Positions 1-13,207 of a DNA stretch of 20,000 nucleotides are shown here, piece after piece. The translations under genes and the position numbers were made by a program. Location of the stretch: NCBI GenBank assembly GCA_013265495.1, contig MU057847.1:248243-268242 (forward strand). The letters are read 5' to 3'. Under the pieces are notes generated by a model. That model was not told the origin of the DNA and did not search any database. It saw only the letters and a program-made list of their open reading frames with translations. Position 1 is the first letter of the stretch. Each line of letters opens with the position of its first letter. Source of the stretch: Vicugna vicugna. Taxonomy: Eukaryota.

Positions 1-929
1 TCTTGTGCTAGCCTCAGATTGTGTCGCAGATGTAAGTCTTTCTCTCTGACCAGATGGTCTGCTTCTGGAGGGCATAGGACAGATGTCCAATAAAGACTCA
101 TCACACTGGATGGAATTGAATTAAGACACTATCCATCCCAGGGCCCAAAGTCCTCAGACAGATGTCTGTGTTTCCTTCCAGCCCTAAGTGAGGTGGGGAG
201 GTACTCCCAGTGCCCAGGGCCATAAATGCCAGCTTTCAGAGGCCCCTCCTCACAGGAGCCAAAGCTGAAACTCAGAAGCCCTCCTGAGTGGCCCACCAGG
301 ACCAACCTACTCTGAAGCGGTCTCCCTGGAATTCTCCCAAAAAGAGCAGACGTGGCCACACAGCATCCCAAGGTACATAGCTAAAAGGGCAGAGTGTGGT
401 GGGAGGGATAGAGAGGGAAACTCGAAGGAAACAAAGCAGAAATGACAGCCACACTGAGCTGCTTCCTTTACTACTGAAGACTTCATTTGAGGCCTTCTCA
501 GTGGCTTTAGAAAACAAAAGTTGAGGGTCAACTATCAGCGAGAATGATCATTCCACGTTTATGAAAGTCAATTCCACTTCAACGTCACCCTTAGCATGGC
601 CCAAATGGGTCAAGAAGGCAAAAAAGAATCTGAGATAAAAACAAATGCTTTTAGTGAAATCTTGGCCTGTGAGTGGCTAAGGCAGCTAATTAATGCCAAG
701 TGAACTTGAACCGTCTCTGTCATATCTGTAGCCCTGGAACTGGAAGAATCCAGTAATAAGCACAGCGGAGGGTCCACAGTGTACTTAAGTAACTGCCATG
801 CCCCCGCCACGCTCAGTGGAAACTGGTTTCTAAATTCTCGCCCTAGCTTCAGAACTCCGGAACGCTCGTCACAGGCAAATGCTGGCTTGGTCTGTCGGGT
901 ATTTATATCACATTATGTAACAAATGCAA

Positions 930-996
930 GATTGTAAGGTCCTTGAGGACTGAGACTTCTGCCTCTCTGGGTCTCCAGAGCTTAGCACAATGCTTT
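930..996 (+). mobile_element. L2 3'-end fragment
   Basis: GATTGTAAGGTCCTTGAGGAC...CCAGAGCTTAGCACAATGC resembles the L2 3' terminus. Confidence 0.55.
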
Positions 997-1229
997 TGCC
1001 CCATCCCCTTAAGGCAGCTGTGGAAATGACACTAGCTGGTCTATACAAGCAGGCCAGAAAGAGGGGCCGACCCACTGTCCCCAAAAGTCAAGGTTCTTCT
1101 AACTGCCTTTGTCCATCCATCTCTGATCTGGATGACCCCAGTGTTACCATCCCCCCAGCCCCAGCAGTGAGTGCTGAGATCCCTGGCACAGCATCCTGGG
1201 AGAGTAGGATGGTGTGGCAGCCAACAAGG

Positions 1230-1495
1230 CAGATTCTGGAGGTAGGTGGAGTCGGGTTTGACTGCTCTTCCACCAATCACTAGCTGCGCAACCCCAGGAA
1301 AATCACCCAGCCTTGGCTTTCTCATCTGTCTCATCTGTGACATGGAGATAAATCTTAGTACCTACCCTCCTAGGGATGTTGTAGCGGTTAAATTATATCT
1401 TCCCTATAAAGTCCATAGCACAGTGCCTGCTGCATGAGAAATGCCTGATAAATGTTACCTGCCATTATTGTTGTTGTTGTTGTTATTATTATTAT
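1230..1495 (+). mobile_element. MIR SINE ending in a (TTG)n(TTA)n tail
   Basis: Core CTTTCTCATCTGT...ATGGAGATAA...TAGTACCTACC...GCACAGTGCCTG...TAAATGTTA; microsatellite at about 1464-1496. Confidence 0.75.
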
Positions 1496-2556
1496 TCACA
1501 CTATGGACTGCAGTTAAGATTTGGGAAAGAGTCCACAGCTTGGAGCGGTTCTCTGCCACCAGTGCTCCTAACCAGGCTAAAACAACTTCCTGGAAAAGAA
1601 ACCTTCCGTGAGAGGCAGAACCTCCAGAGCTCGGCCTCCCCTAGTTCATTCATTTTGCTAAAGATGCCTTTCTGGAGCCTTCATAAACCAGTCCTGTCTC
1701 TTGCTGCCTTTCTTTATCCAATGCTCTGCCAAACCACACTGGGACAGAGGTACTCGGGGTGCGGTGGTGGGTAGAGGGCGGGGCACAGGGAGAGCAGAGG
1801 CCGCCGCTGACTGTCAGCATCCAGCTCCCAGGCCAAGCAGCCAGACAGCATGAGAGCACATTGCAGAACAGTCAGCAGCACGGCCTGAGGGTGCCCGAGC
1901 CCGAGCTCTCACTAATGCTCTCAGCATTTCATGCAGTTTCAAAAAATAACAACCACATTCTCCTGGGACTCAAGAGTTGGAGTGACGGTTTGGGTTATAT
2001 CATAGCGGTCCCTGACTTACATTGTGAGACAGCGGACGTGCCTTGCTTCTAGCAAAAGAGCTGAAGGTTGGAGTTCTGCATATGGCAGGGCAGATGGGGA
2101 CCAACATCCCTTCTGAGGAGCCAGCTGCCCTTTGTGGCTGCTGAAGTTGTGACTTAGCCAAAGAAGAGTTCTACAACTGTAGGCAGCCTCACAACCCGGA
2201 CCTCTTGACAACAGCCAGAATCTCCCCGGGAGCCTCCATTCCCATGTTAACTTATTTGGTTTTATTTTGGTTTGTTTGTTTTCTCAGTGACAACCCAGAC
2301 CCTGAGTCAAAAAAGCAAAAACATTCCTCACAGGCTGCTATGAAAATGCAGGAACTGCTTAATCCGATTGTACCCACCAAAAGGATGGTGCTTCTGGGCC
2401 ATCAACTAGTACTTGCATTCTCACTCCTGTCCCCTCAACCCAGGGTGCTACCTACTCAGGACCCCAAAGGCCAGGGAGGGCAGTTGCCTCCCTCCCCGCC
2501 CTGGAGAAGACAGAGAGGTGGGAGCCCACGGGGCAGCTGGACCTGACGTCATCTCA

Positions 2557-2775
<219 letters not shown>

Positions 2776-2844
2776 TCACTGTCTCGTGAAGGGGTTTAAA
2801 AGGACTATCTTAGGTACAGCCATATTGTATAGGCAACTGTTCTG

Positions 2845-2985
2845 AAGCCCATTTTAAAGAAGATAAAACTGAGAGCCAGAGAAGTGACTTGCCCAAAGTA
2901 ACCCAGCTGGTACATTGTGGAATCAGGGTTTGAGCCTGGGACTGGCTGATACCAAAGCCCAAATTCTCAACCACTGTGCCATGCT
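2845..2985 (-). mobile_element. MIR SINE fragment
   Basis: CCCATTTTA..AGATAAAACTGAG..AGAGAAGTGACTTGCCCAAAGTAACCCAGCT is the reverse MIR core. Confidence 0.75.
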
Positions 2986-5059
2986 ACCTCCCCTCACCCC
3001 CTGCCCCACCCCTGGGTGGAACACCAAAAGCCATAAGAACCCCCACATGAGCACATGCTAACCAGCTTTCAGGACCTGCCCAAATGTGCCTTCCTGTTAA
3101 CTAGTCTGTCAAGTGGAGACCTGGTCCATGTTACTGGCTGAGTGACTGCCCACACTCGTCGACCGTTTGTCAGCAGAGGCCCAAGTGAGCCAAGGCACAT
3201 GACCTCTCCTAGACCTCAAAGGTAGCTGGTGGCAAAGCTGGAACTAGAACTGTGCCCATCCCTGCAAAGCAGATCGCCCTTCGGGGGCTAACCAGGGGCT
3301 GTGCAAATGCTTTGGTTCCTGTGGGCTCAGCTTATTCTGCTCCCTCACCATACCTTGAGAAAGTATAAGTAAGTTTTAGGGCTTCTCAGAGTCCAGGCCC
3401 AACTGCCCTGGGAGAGAAACTCTACAGGGTAGCAGAGAAGCATCCTGGGGAAGAGGGAGAAAGAAGAAAAGATGTGGAAAGATGGCTGTCCTCTCTTTGT
3501 GCTTTGGGACAAGTGGTCTTGGCAACATGTCTTGGAGGCTGTCTCCCCATTCCCTTGCCTCCATGGCTGACCCTGTATCTAACTTAGTGAAGGAAATGAT
3601 CCAGGTTGCGGCTGCTGGGCACTCTATGCTGGGCCTCCCCTTCCAACATGCCTCTATAGGCCCCAGGCTCGGGCCTGCCTACAGGGCCCAGCTGGGATCT
3701 GTCTTCTTGAGCAGAGGCCCCTGCTCCCAACCTCTTGGGGGCTTCTCCCTGAGCCCCCCACCCTCCTTCTGGAACCGGATGCTGATGGCTTGTTGCCCTT
3801 TCCAAGCAGTGCTTGCCAAGGGCCCTCTCGAGAAAGGCTTGCGTGACATTTCAGGGCATTTCAGGCTAGAGAGGATAAGTGCTGGGAGACTGGAGAGGCG
3901 TTTGGGATCTGACCAGTCATACCAAGTAGCAACCCATATACTCTACCTACTCAGGGCAGCCAGCTCACCCCACTGAGCGCTGTACTGCCTGCAGGAGATT
4001 TTGAGAACCACTGAGCCCTGTCTGAGGGGCTGAAACACAGCTACACGAGGTGAACTCCTCCCATAGGGGCATTTCACATAGTGAAATGGTGAGAAATATG
4101 CAAATCAGGGTGTGAGGCAGCTTTGAGTCAGAGGCATCAGTTCTAGTCTCCTCTCACCCGGCAAGTCAGGAGAGTTGTCTCCTCACTGCCTCTCTGCTCA
4201 CCCCAGCACTTCGGGGAAATGAAATTCCTGTTTAATACCTCCATCAAGTCTTCCTTCATTGGGGAAATCACTTTTCCCATTTCATCCAAAGGGTCCACTG
4301 CTTAATTAGGCCCATTTCCCACTGCACCATTGAGGCCCTCACCCTTAGGCCCTAAGTTTATGGTGGGAGCAGAAAATGTTGCAAGAGAAGTCCTCTTACC
4401 CCCAGGCAGCTCCCTGGCCTGCACTGCTCACAAGGCCTGAAATGCTCCCACTGAAGCTCCTTTGGGTTAAGACACTGGTGAGTTTTAATAAACTGTAAAT
4501 GTGTTCCTTGGGAAAGTGAATATACTAATTCATCATCACTCATGAAAACCCCCTCAAGAAAGAACATAAAGGATCCATTCTGACATGAATGGCCCAGTAT
4601 GCAGAGCCACAGTGTTTTATCTGAAGTTCCCAGATCCCCCAAAAGGCTGTTAATCCAATATTTTCAGAAGCTTGACATCAAAAGTCTTAAATGGCAAAAC
4701 CTGACCTAAAATGATGTGTGTTATAGTCTTTATCCACTTGGTGTGCATTTGCATGTAATATGCTGCAGAAATATTAGTGTGTTCGACTATGGGACACTGT
4801 CCAGAGCTAATACATGGTCTTTGTGACACTGGAAACATTCCAGATTCTGAACATATCTGGCCCCATGGAATTCAGATAAGGAAGGGATCATGGACCTGGA
4901 CTTGGATGAATTGGGTTTCAGAGGACAGCATCCTGGGGCTGTGCAGAAAAAGCACTACATGGAGACCCAGTGTTGTAGTGACAGAATGGCCTCTTGGTCA
5001 TACTCACCTGTACCCTTCACTGCATCCCTGTAAGGCCATCAGGGCAGAAAGCAAGATCT

Positions 5060-5160
5060 TCGTTTTGCAAACAAGGACACCTGGGGTTCAGAGAGTGAAG
5101 CGACTTCCCCATGGTCACTTAGCTTGCAAGTAGTAGAGCCCAGGCTCAGATCTAATCTTC
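5060..5160 (-). mobile_element. MIR SINE fragment
   Basis: GGTTCAGAGAGTGAAGCGACTTCCCCATGGTCACTTAGCT resembles the reverse MIR core. Confidence 0.6.
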
Positions 5161-5379
5161 TAAACAAAATATTGACATGTGGCCTGACAGAGATGCAGGA
5201 AGTTACACTTTGCATACTGGCATCCGAGAGATGCTTGACCTGTCTTCCCCCCCACCACTCCATGTGACTTACATGTTTAGGGAAACTGGCAGTCTGACTG
5301 ACTACATTAACAACTTGAGATGGCAGAACCAGCCAGCAATACTTCTCTCACCCTCCTCTTCCCACTGTCCCAGGAGAAC

Positions 5380-5625
5380 AATGATGATGCTGAGAGCAAA
5401 CACATGTAATGCTATGTGCCAAGCATTGTTCTAAGTATCTACATGCATTAGCTCATGGAATCCTCACAACAAACCCTGTTAAGTAGGTGCTTTGAATACC
5501 CTCATTTTATTGATGAGGAGATGAGGCACAGGGAGGTTAGTAATTTGCCCAAGGCCACACAGCTAGTGAAAGTAGCAGAGCTGGGACATAAATATACTCA
5601 GGCAGCTGGGCTCCCTAGTTCATGT
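5380..5625 (-). mobile_element. Near full-length MIR
   Basis: TATGTGCCAAGCATTGTTCTAAG...AATCCTCACAACAAACCCTG...CATTTTATTGATGAGGAGATGAGGCACAGGGAGGTTAGTAATTTGCCCAAGGCCACACAGCTAGT. Confidence 0.85.
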
Positions 5626-5728
5626 TCTGAAGAGTCGCAAAGCCCAGGCTGCTCTCCAGGTCATCACTTAAAGATCAAATTGGGGAAGAATCCAGCTCTC
5701 TTGCAGACCCCTGGGTCACCCTTTGTCA

Positions 5729-6067
<339 letters not shown>

Positions 6068-6611
6068 TTATCTAGGACTCTTCTACTAGGAATCCAAAGG
6101 GGTAAGCTCAATCTCCAGCCCTAATGTTGCCTTGCCTACCACACCCCCAGCCACTCTGGGTCTGAGCTTCCCCAGCTGTAAAGAAGTCATTTTTGCTCTT
6201 CTCACAAGCAGTTCCTTAGAGGGCTTGTGATGTCAGCGGTGCATTAGCAACTCTGACATAGAGCAAACTCTGGCACTCTGCTTCATAGGCATGGCTAGCA
6301 ACCGGCAGCCTGGCTTCTGAGTGAGGTATCACTCACAAGGAAACAGCCCAGGGAGGAGGGAGAAGGGAGTAGCCAGATGTGACCCCCATCCTGGCCACCA
6401 GGAAGACAAGTCCAAGTTAGTCTTCCAGTGACATTAGCAAAATCTCTGTCTACAAAACCCAGAACATATGAAGTTTCTCTGAAGAAAATGGAAAATACAT
6501 TTGCAAGTCTCCATTCTCTCAAGAGAGATAGCCAAATGTGAATGAACCGGGACAAGGCTTCTGGGACTAAAGCAAGGTTGGCTTTCACCAACACTGAATC
6601 ACTAGATGCCA

Positions 6612-6780
6612 TGGCTGGACAGGTCTTAAGAGATCATGTGGCTCAATCAACCCATTCTTCACATGAGGAAAATCAAGGCCAGAGAGGGGAAGGCATCTGC
6701 TCAAAGTCTAGCTAGCTGGTCAGATTTGTTGCTAACTGGCCAGACTGAATCTGGGTGGGAGCCAGGTTCCTTTATTTCCA
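6612..6780 (-). mobile_element. MIR3/MIR-like fragment
   Basis: CTGGACAGGTCTTAAGAGATCAT...CACATGAGGAAAATCAAGGCCAGAGAGGGGAAG. Confidence 0.6.
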
Positions 6781-8309
6781 AAGGGGAGTATAGTACTGAG
6801 ATTAATAAGGAAGAAAGACTGGCCATCTTCCAGCTTTTGGTTGGGGAGGCCTCTCCTCGTAGAAGGGTGAAGTGGTCTTGACATTTTCACCCTGACTTCT
6901 CTGGCAGTGCAAGAAAGAACCCCCAGGGGAAAGTGGCAGCAGCAACAAAGAGGGAGGAGGAGGAAGGAAGGAAGGGGCTTTCCTGGCCCTGGGGGATGGC
7001 TGAAGGGAATGGGACCTCCCTTGGAGACCTGGGCTTAAGCCTCTGCTTGTCTCCTTTGAAGTGCCCTGATCTTCCCAGGGACTGAGCTCCAGCTTCTGCG
7101 AAGGAACAGGCTTTGTTGGTTTTTCCCCCAGGACTGTGCAGAGGGTTCGCTTGGGTGCCCATAACTTGCCCTTAAGACATCAGTCAAGAGCTTACAGTCT
7201 CCTCTGTACCTTTTCTGCAGCACACACCCGCCTGGTGGCAGCTCATAGAATGCTTTGCTTGGACACAGCGGGTGAAGGTTGGAGGAGTCCCCCTCTCCCT
7301 TAGCTGCCAGTCTTCCCCAGTCAGCCCTCATCCCATCCCACCCCCATTACCTGTTGCAAGCTCGGGTGGAGATTCAATATGTAGAGATTCCAGCCCACCC
7401 TCTCCTCCACCCATCGTAGTCAGGCTCAGGACACCCTCGGATCCCAGCGCCCTGTCTGCCCAGCCCCGTCACCTCCTCCCCGGCACGCTTCGCCAGACAC
7501 TGCGCCCGCCGCCGAGCTCCTGGCAGCCGGCCCGAGCTGGGCGATTCCAGAGGCTCGGTGGCCACTTCCTGGGTCCGAACGTGGGGGGTCGGGGGGAGGG
7601 AGTCGGTCGCTGAGGGAACTCAGGCGCCCTAGTGCGGCCAGAGGCCTGGGGCTACCCACATTGCCCTTGAAGCCGCAAAGCCCACCATTTCTCCCCAGGA
7701 GGCACAGGAAAGCGGGACAGAGGCGGGTCCCCTTCGCAGCCAGCCCACGGTTCCCGGGGATCCCTGAGCCTTCGCTCGGCCGGTCGCCCTCTGGGCTGGC
7801 GAGCTGGGGTTCGAGGCGAGGGCGCAGGCTGCGGGCGGGAGGAGGGCCATCTATTTCAGCCGAGGATCGTGTGATAGGAAGCGGTGACAATGAGTCACAG
7901 GGCAGCGGGGCGCGAGCGCTCCCCCCACCCCGCCCGCACACGCTCGCGGGATGGTTTCCGAGGCGAGCGTGGCCCACTTCGGTTACCTCAGCCGTTACAC
8001 AATCCCGCCCGCCCGCGCGGAGGAGGGGCCGCCCGGCCCGGGCCGCTCGCGGCCCTTATGCAACCAGTGCTCTCCTGACCTAATTCCACGCCGGACCCAC
8101 CCCACCGGGAGCCGTAGCCCCGGAAGGGACAACTCCTGGCCGCCCCGGCGACCCCGGGCCGGGTGGGAGCGGCAGACGCAGGCGCCGACCGAACATCTCT
8201 GGCTGGCGGGAGCCCAGCGGCCCCGGCGCGAAAGCGGGAAGGGTGCGAAGTTCCCCTTCTGGCCCGCAAGGTGCGAGCAGGTTGTAAGAGGGGCCCAGGA
8301 GTGCTGAGG

Positions 8310-9612
<1,303 letters not shown>

Positions 9613-9629
9613 GCCGGCCGCCCCGCGCC

Positions 9630-9750
9630 GCCTAATAACTGTCTTGTCTCAGCAAAGTGTTATATAAAACGGCACCACGTGACGCGCCGCCACGCCGCTC
9701 ATTGGCCAGCGGCGGGGCGATTGTTACAAAACCAGACAGTTTTGTAACAG
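9630..9750 (-). promoter_or_regulatory. LONRF3 proximal/core promoter
   Basis: Minus-strand TATATAA at 9666-9660 (predicts TSS near 9630-9640), E-box CACGTG at 9676-9681 within GTCACGTG, CCAAT at 9705-9701, GC box at 9711-9719, inverted TTTTGTAAC pair at 9722-9749. Order and spacing are canonical for a minus-strand promoter. Confidence 0.75.
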
Positions 9751-9959
9751 TGTTGCGCTTGCTTCTTTTGGCTTCGCTTTTCTTGGCTTCTTTTTGAGGT
9801 TGTTTGTGTTTACACTCTGCCTTATTTGCCCCTCGCAATGTGGTTCCTTTTTGGAAGAGGGAGAGAGAAGAAAAAAAACACCCAGTCTTCTCTTGGGCTT
9901 CTCCGTCTCCAAACCCTATTCCAGCCTACCTCCAAACCCGCCAGCAGTTTGCTAACAGG

Positions 9960-10760
9960 TCCCCTCTGCCAGCCGCTCGCTAGCTGCCCCCTTCCCTCTC
10001 CCCGCCCCAAGAGGCCGGCACCTCGAGGCGCGCAGTCCGCTAGGTCTTTGGGGACGTCAGAGGCTCGCCCTCCCGGGGCGACGGCGGCTGTCTTCGAAGG
10101 GAAGCGGGCTGGTAGGGTCCCAGGGAAGCCCCCAACCCCGGTCCCGGTCCCGGCTCCTCACACACGGAGTCCCTGACCACCTTCCCCAGGGAGTCCCCCA
10201 AAGGTAGTGAGCGCGGTCATCCAAGGGCTCTTGGTCTCCCGTGCCCTGAGCGACTCAGAGCAGCGGGCCCGCCGGGCTCAGCAGTTGGGCGGCGCTCGCT
10301 GAGCAGAGAGGGACGAGCGCAGAAGATGCGCTCGCCGGCTCGGGCCCGGAGGAGGCGCCCTGCGCGCCCGGCTTCCTCACCTCTTTCTCCTCCAATTCTG
10401 GAGCCTGCACTGGGGCGGCGGCCGGCGCCCCACCAGAGACGCACCCGGCCCTGGGGGCCACTGACCGATGGGCGCGGCCGCGAGAACAAGGCCTGCTGGG
10501 GTCAGTGGGCACTCCCGGGGCGTGAGAGAACGGCGGGCGGAAGACAGGAACCCAGCGCGCCGCCGGGGAGAACGTCCGCGGGCCCCGGAGCACTCGAGCC
10601 GCCGGCCCAGCTGTTTCCAGGTTCGCAGGTCCAGAGTGGAGTTCCGACCCTGGTGTGTCACAGTGGAGGGCTTCGCAAGAGCCGCGGTAATGGCTAGGGG
10701 CCTCGAGGGTGCCTCGCTTATTTCCAGTGGGAAGGCCAATGGGAGCCGCCCACACTATGT
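9960..10760. promoter_or_regulatory. Second, upstream CpG-rich segment (possible alternative or bidirectional promoter)
   Basis: Dense CpG, separated from the main island by a T-rich stretch (9750-9950); CCAAT at 10736-10740 next to GCCGCCC. Confidence 0.7.
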
Positions 10761-11319
10761 CTCCCTCCCACCCTGACACTTTGGAAGGGAACCACACGCA
10801 CAAATAAGCAGACAAGCTTAGAGACCTAAAGGAATAACACATTTCCCCCAGGGTCGCGCTGCTCTGAGCAGGGAGGTGGGGTCTGGGCTTGCCTCTGGCT
10901 CAGTGGGCTTCCAGAGTTGGTGGGCTCTGCGTAGCACCTGGAGCTGTGCCCAGGGCAGGGGACCTACAATGGGCTCCTACTGTGGCCATTTCTTAGGTGA
11001 GTGACCTTTGACAAGTGATTAAACTCTGGGAGCCATCGTCTTGGCTTCTGAACCAGTGTCAAGAATGACAAATTATGTTTCAGAGCTGGGAACCACAGGC
11101 TCGCTCTCGGCTGTGTGTGTCCCTTTAGGTTGTTAATCCCCCTTGAGTCAGCGCCAAGGTCCCAGAGAACAAGTACTGTGCAGCCATCCCTAGAGCCTCC
11201 CTCTGAGGTACGATATGGGGAGAGGGTCAGAGGGGGGAAGGGACAAAGGCACGTAGGGGAAAGAGACAAAGAAAAGAAACAGAGGAACTCAGGACGTAGC
11301 CAGGAAGGCACAAATAGGA

Positions 11320-11440
11320 AGACTTGACTTGCAGCTCTGGCTTTGTCACAACTTACTGTGAGACTTTGGGCAAGCCCTCTCACAAGATCTTTGTTTGACA
11401 AGGTCTTCGTCCTGATGCCCAAGGTTCTCTCCAGCTCAAA
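11320..11440 (+). mobile_element. MIR/MIR3-like fragment
   Basis: CTGGCTTTGTCACAACTTACTGTGAGACTTTGGGCAAG...AAGGTTCTCTCCAGCTC. Confidence 0.5.
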
Positions 11441-11870
11441 CCTTGAGTGGCTTCTATCCTAAGACTAGACGTCATGATACCCAGCTCAGTTACTGAAGTA
11501 TAAAAGACTAGCCCAGATGCTGTGGGAGGTGGTGGCTTGGACAAGGGGGTGAAGTCAGCAGTAGTTGTGGAAGGGCAAGGGTAGCTGGGTGGCAGTCCTC
11601 TTCATCAGGGGCAGGCCCTGAGCTAGATTTTGAAGCTAGGGAAGTCAGGAGACCAGCCAAGAGGTGGAGGAGAGGGCTATGCCAGGCATTTAGGGAGAAG
11701 CCGGGGCTCCTGCTGACTTGCTAAGAACAGATTAGATCTTTAGCTTTTTAAACTTATCAAAGGAATAAAGCCCACTACAAAATAAGAATTAACAGATTGC
11801 GGTAATCTAATCATAAAGGACAGGCAAGTGTGCTTACACATATTTGTGGTTAATTCTTAAATGTATTTTC

Positions 11871-12011
11871 TTTTTTAATTTTTAATTTTTTGGTGGGGGG
11901 AGGTAATTAGGTTTATTTGTTTATTTATTATTTAGAGGAGGTACTGGGGACTAAACCCAGGACCTCATGCATGCTAAGCATGCGCCCTACTGCTTGAGCT
12001 ATACCCTCCCC
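11871..12011 (-). mobile_element. Young tRNA-derived SINE resembling camelid Vic-1
   Basis: Minus strand reads GGGGAGGGTATAGCTCAAGCAGTAGGGCGCATGCTTAGCATGCATGAGGTCCTGGGTTTAGTCCCCAGTACCTCC...AAATAAACCTAATTACCTCCCCCC then an A-rich tail. tRNA-like A/B boxes. Degenerate 16-bp TSD at 11855-11870 and 12012-12027 (12/16 identical). Family name is from recall. Confidence 0.85.
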
Positions 12012-13207
12012 TCTACATTGCATTTTCAAATCAGGAATGCCTGTAGGATAACACCAAATGGGTTTCTATTAAATACTGGAAAATACGACCACAGTACTTT
12101 TCTTTCCTTCTTTATTTAAACAAACATTACATTGATATTCATTTGTGGACCAACTCATAAATCTACTTAAAACTTCTTCCCCTCTGCCCTTCATAATTGA
12201 AGCTCCCTAGAAGGCGGGGAGAGGAGAAATTGATGGCACTTTTTCAGATGCACATATTCCCTTTCGAGGGCCAACCAGGCTTTTCAAACCTCCATTTATT
12301 TTGCTAGTATCTCCTCCTGGCTAAGATTAACCAGGAAAAAGAGCAAGAGTTGATCTGCCCCTCCTTTCCAAATGACTACAGCAAGTTTTCTAACTGGGCT
12401 CTGAGGAAGCTCTCTGGGGCCCAGAGGAGACAGCAGGCAGGGCTCAACTCCAACTCCTCTCAACCAGGGCAACCTTGCATCCACCTGTTTCATGTAGTGA
12501 GCTCTGGGGTATGATTTCATTGAAGAAAGTCTTTCTCGTCCTTAAAATAAAGTTTGAAAACTGTGGCGATTTTCATCTCTTTTAACATATTTGTTAAGCA
12601 TCTTCTACGTACTGTTCCAGGTACTGGAGATAGCTCAAAGCAGCATTTGGCTCCCAGGTCCTCCCTTCCATATGGTAGCACCTTTTCCACACACATTCTT
12701 GTCCTGGCCTCCCAGGTCGACTAGAGGGCAAGGACTAGTGTTTTAAGTCTTTTGTCTCCTCAGGGACAGTATTTGAACAGATCGTACTGAACATTGCAGT
12801 GGACATTCTGGCCCTAGATGGGATTGTGCAGAGGGACAAGAGTAAATCCAGCTGGAATATGTCAAACCTTTGCCCTGGGTCATTCACAGAGAGAGTGGGC
12901 ATGCAGATAATTAAGTGCTGACAATCCTTTACTTGGGAAGGGCTAGTAACAGCTCTGGCGTGGAAGAATCCAGTCAAAGCCAGGGAGCCAAGGTGAGGAA
13001 TCAGCGACCTTCCCGGCCCCCAGCCACTCACAGGCTATTCATGGCTGCTTGGTCAAAGCATTTACTGGTTCTTTAATTGAGTTTTTCATTTTATAAACTG
13101 GGGGTGACCCATCAATTATGCAGTCCTTATAGGAAAAATGTGAGGCAGGGTGGGCATTAAAGACATTGACATGAAAGAAGCTGCTTTGGCTATCTAGAGT
13201 AGCCAAA

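Noticed and set aside
4430..4850. AT-rich stretch that may be a decayed DNA transposon
   Set aside because: I could not identify terminal inverted repeats or a family by eye; a RepeatMasker run would decide.
10994..11002. Plus-strand donor TAG|GTGAGT as evidence for a divergent spliced lncRNA
   Set aside because: It abuts a MIR-like remnant and I could not identify a partner exon; insufficient alone.
11935..12011. tRNA-like sequence
   Set aside because: It is the SINE head: degenerate B box, attached tail and TSD; not a functional tRNA gene.
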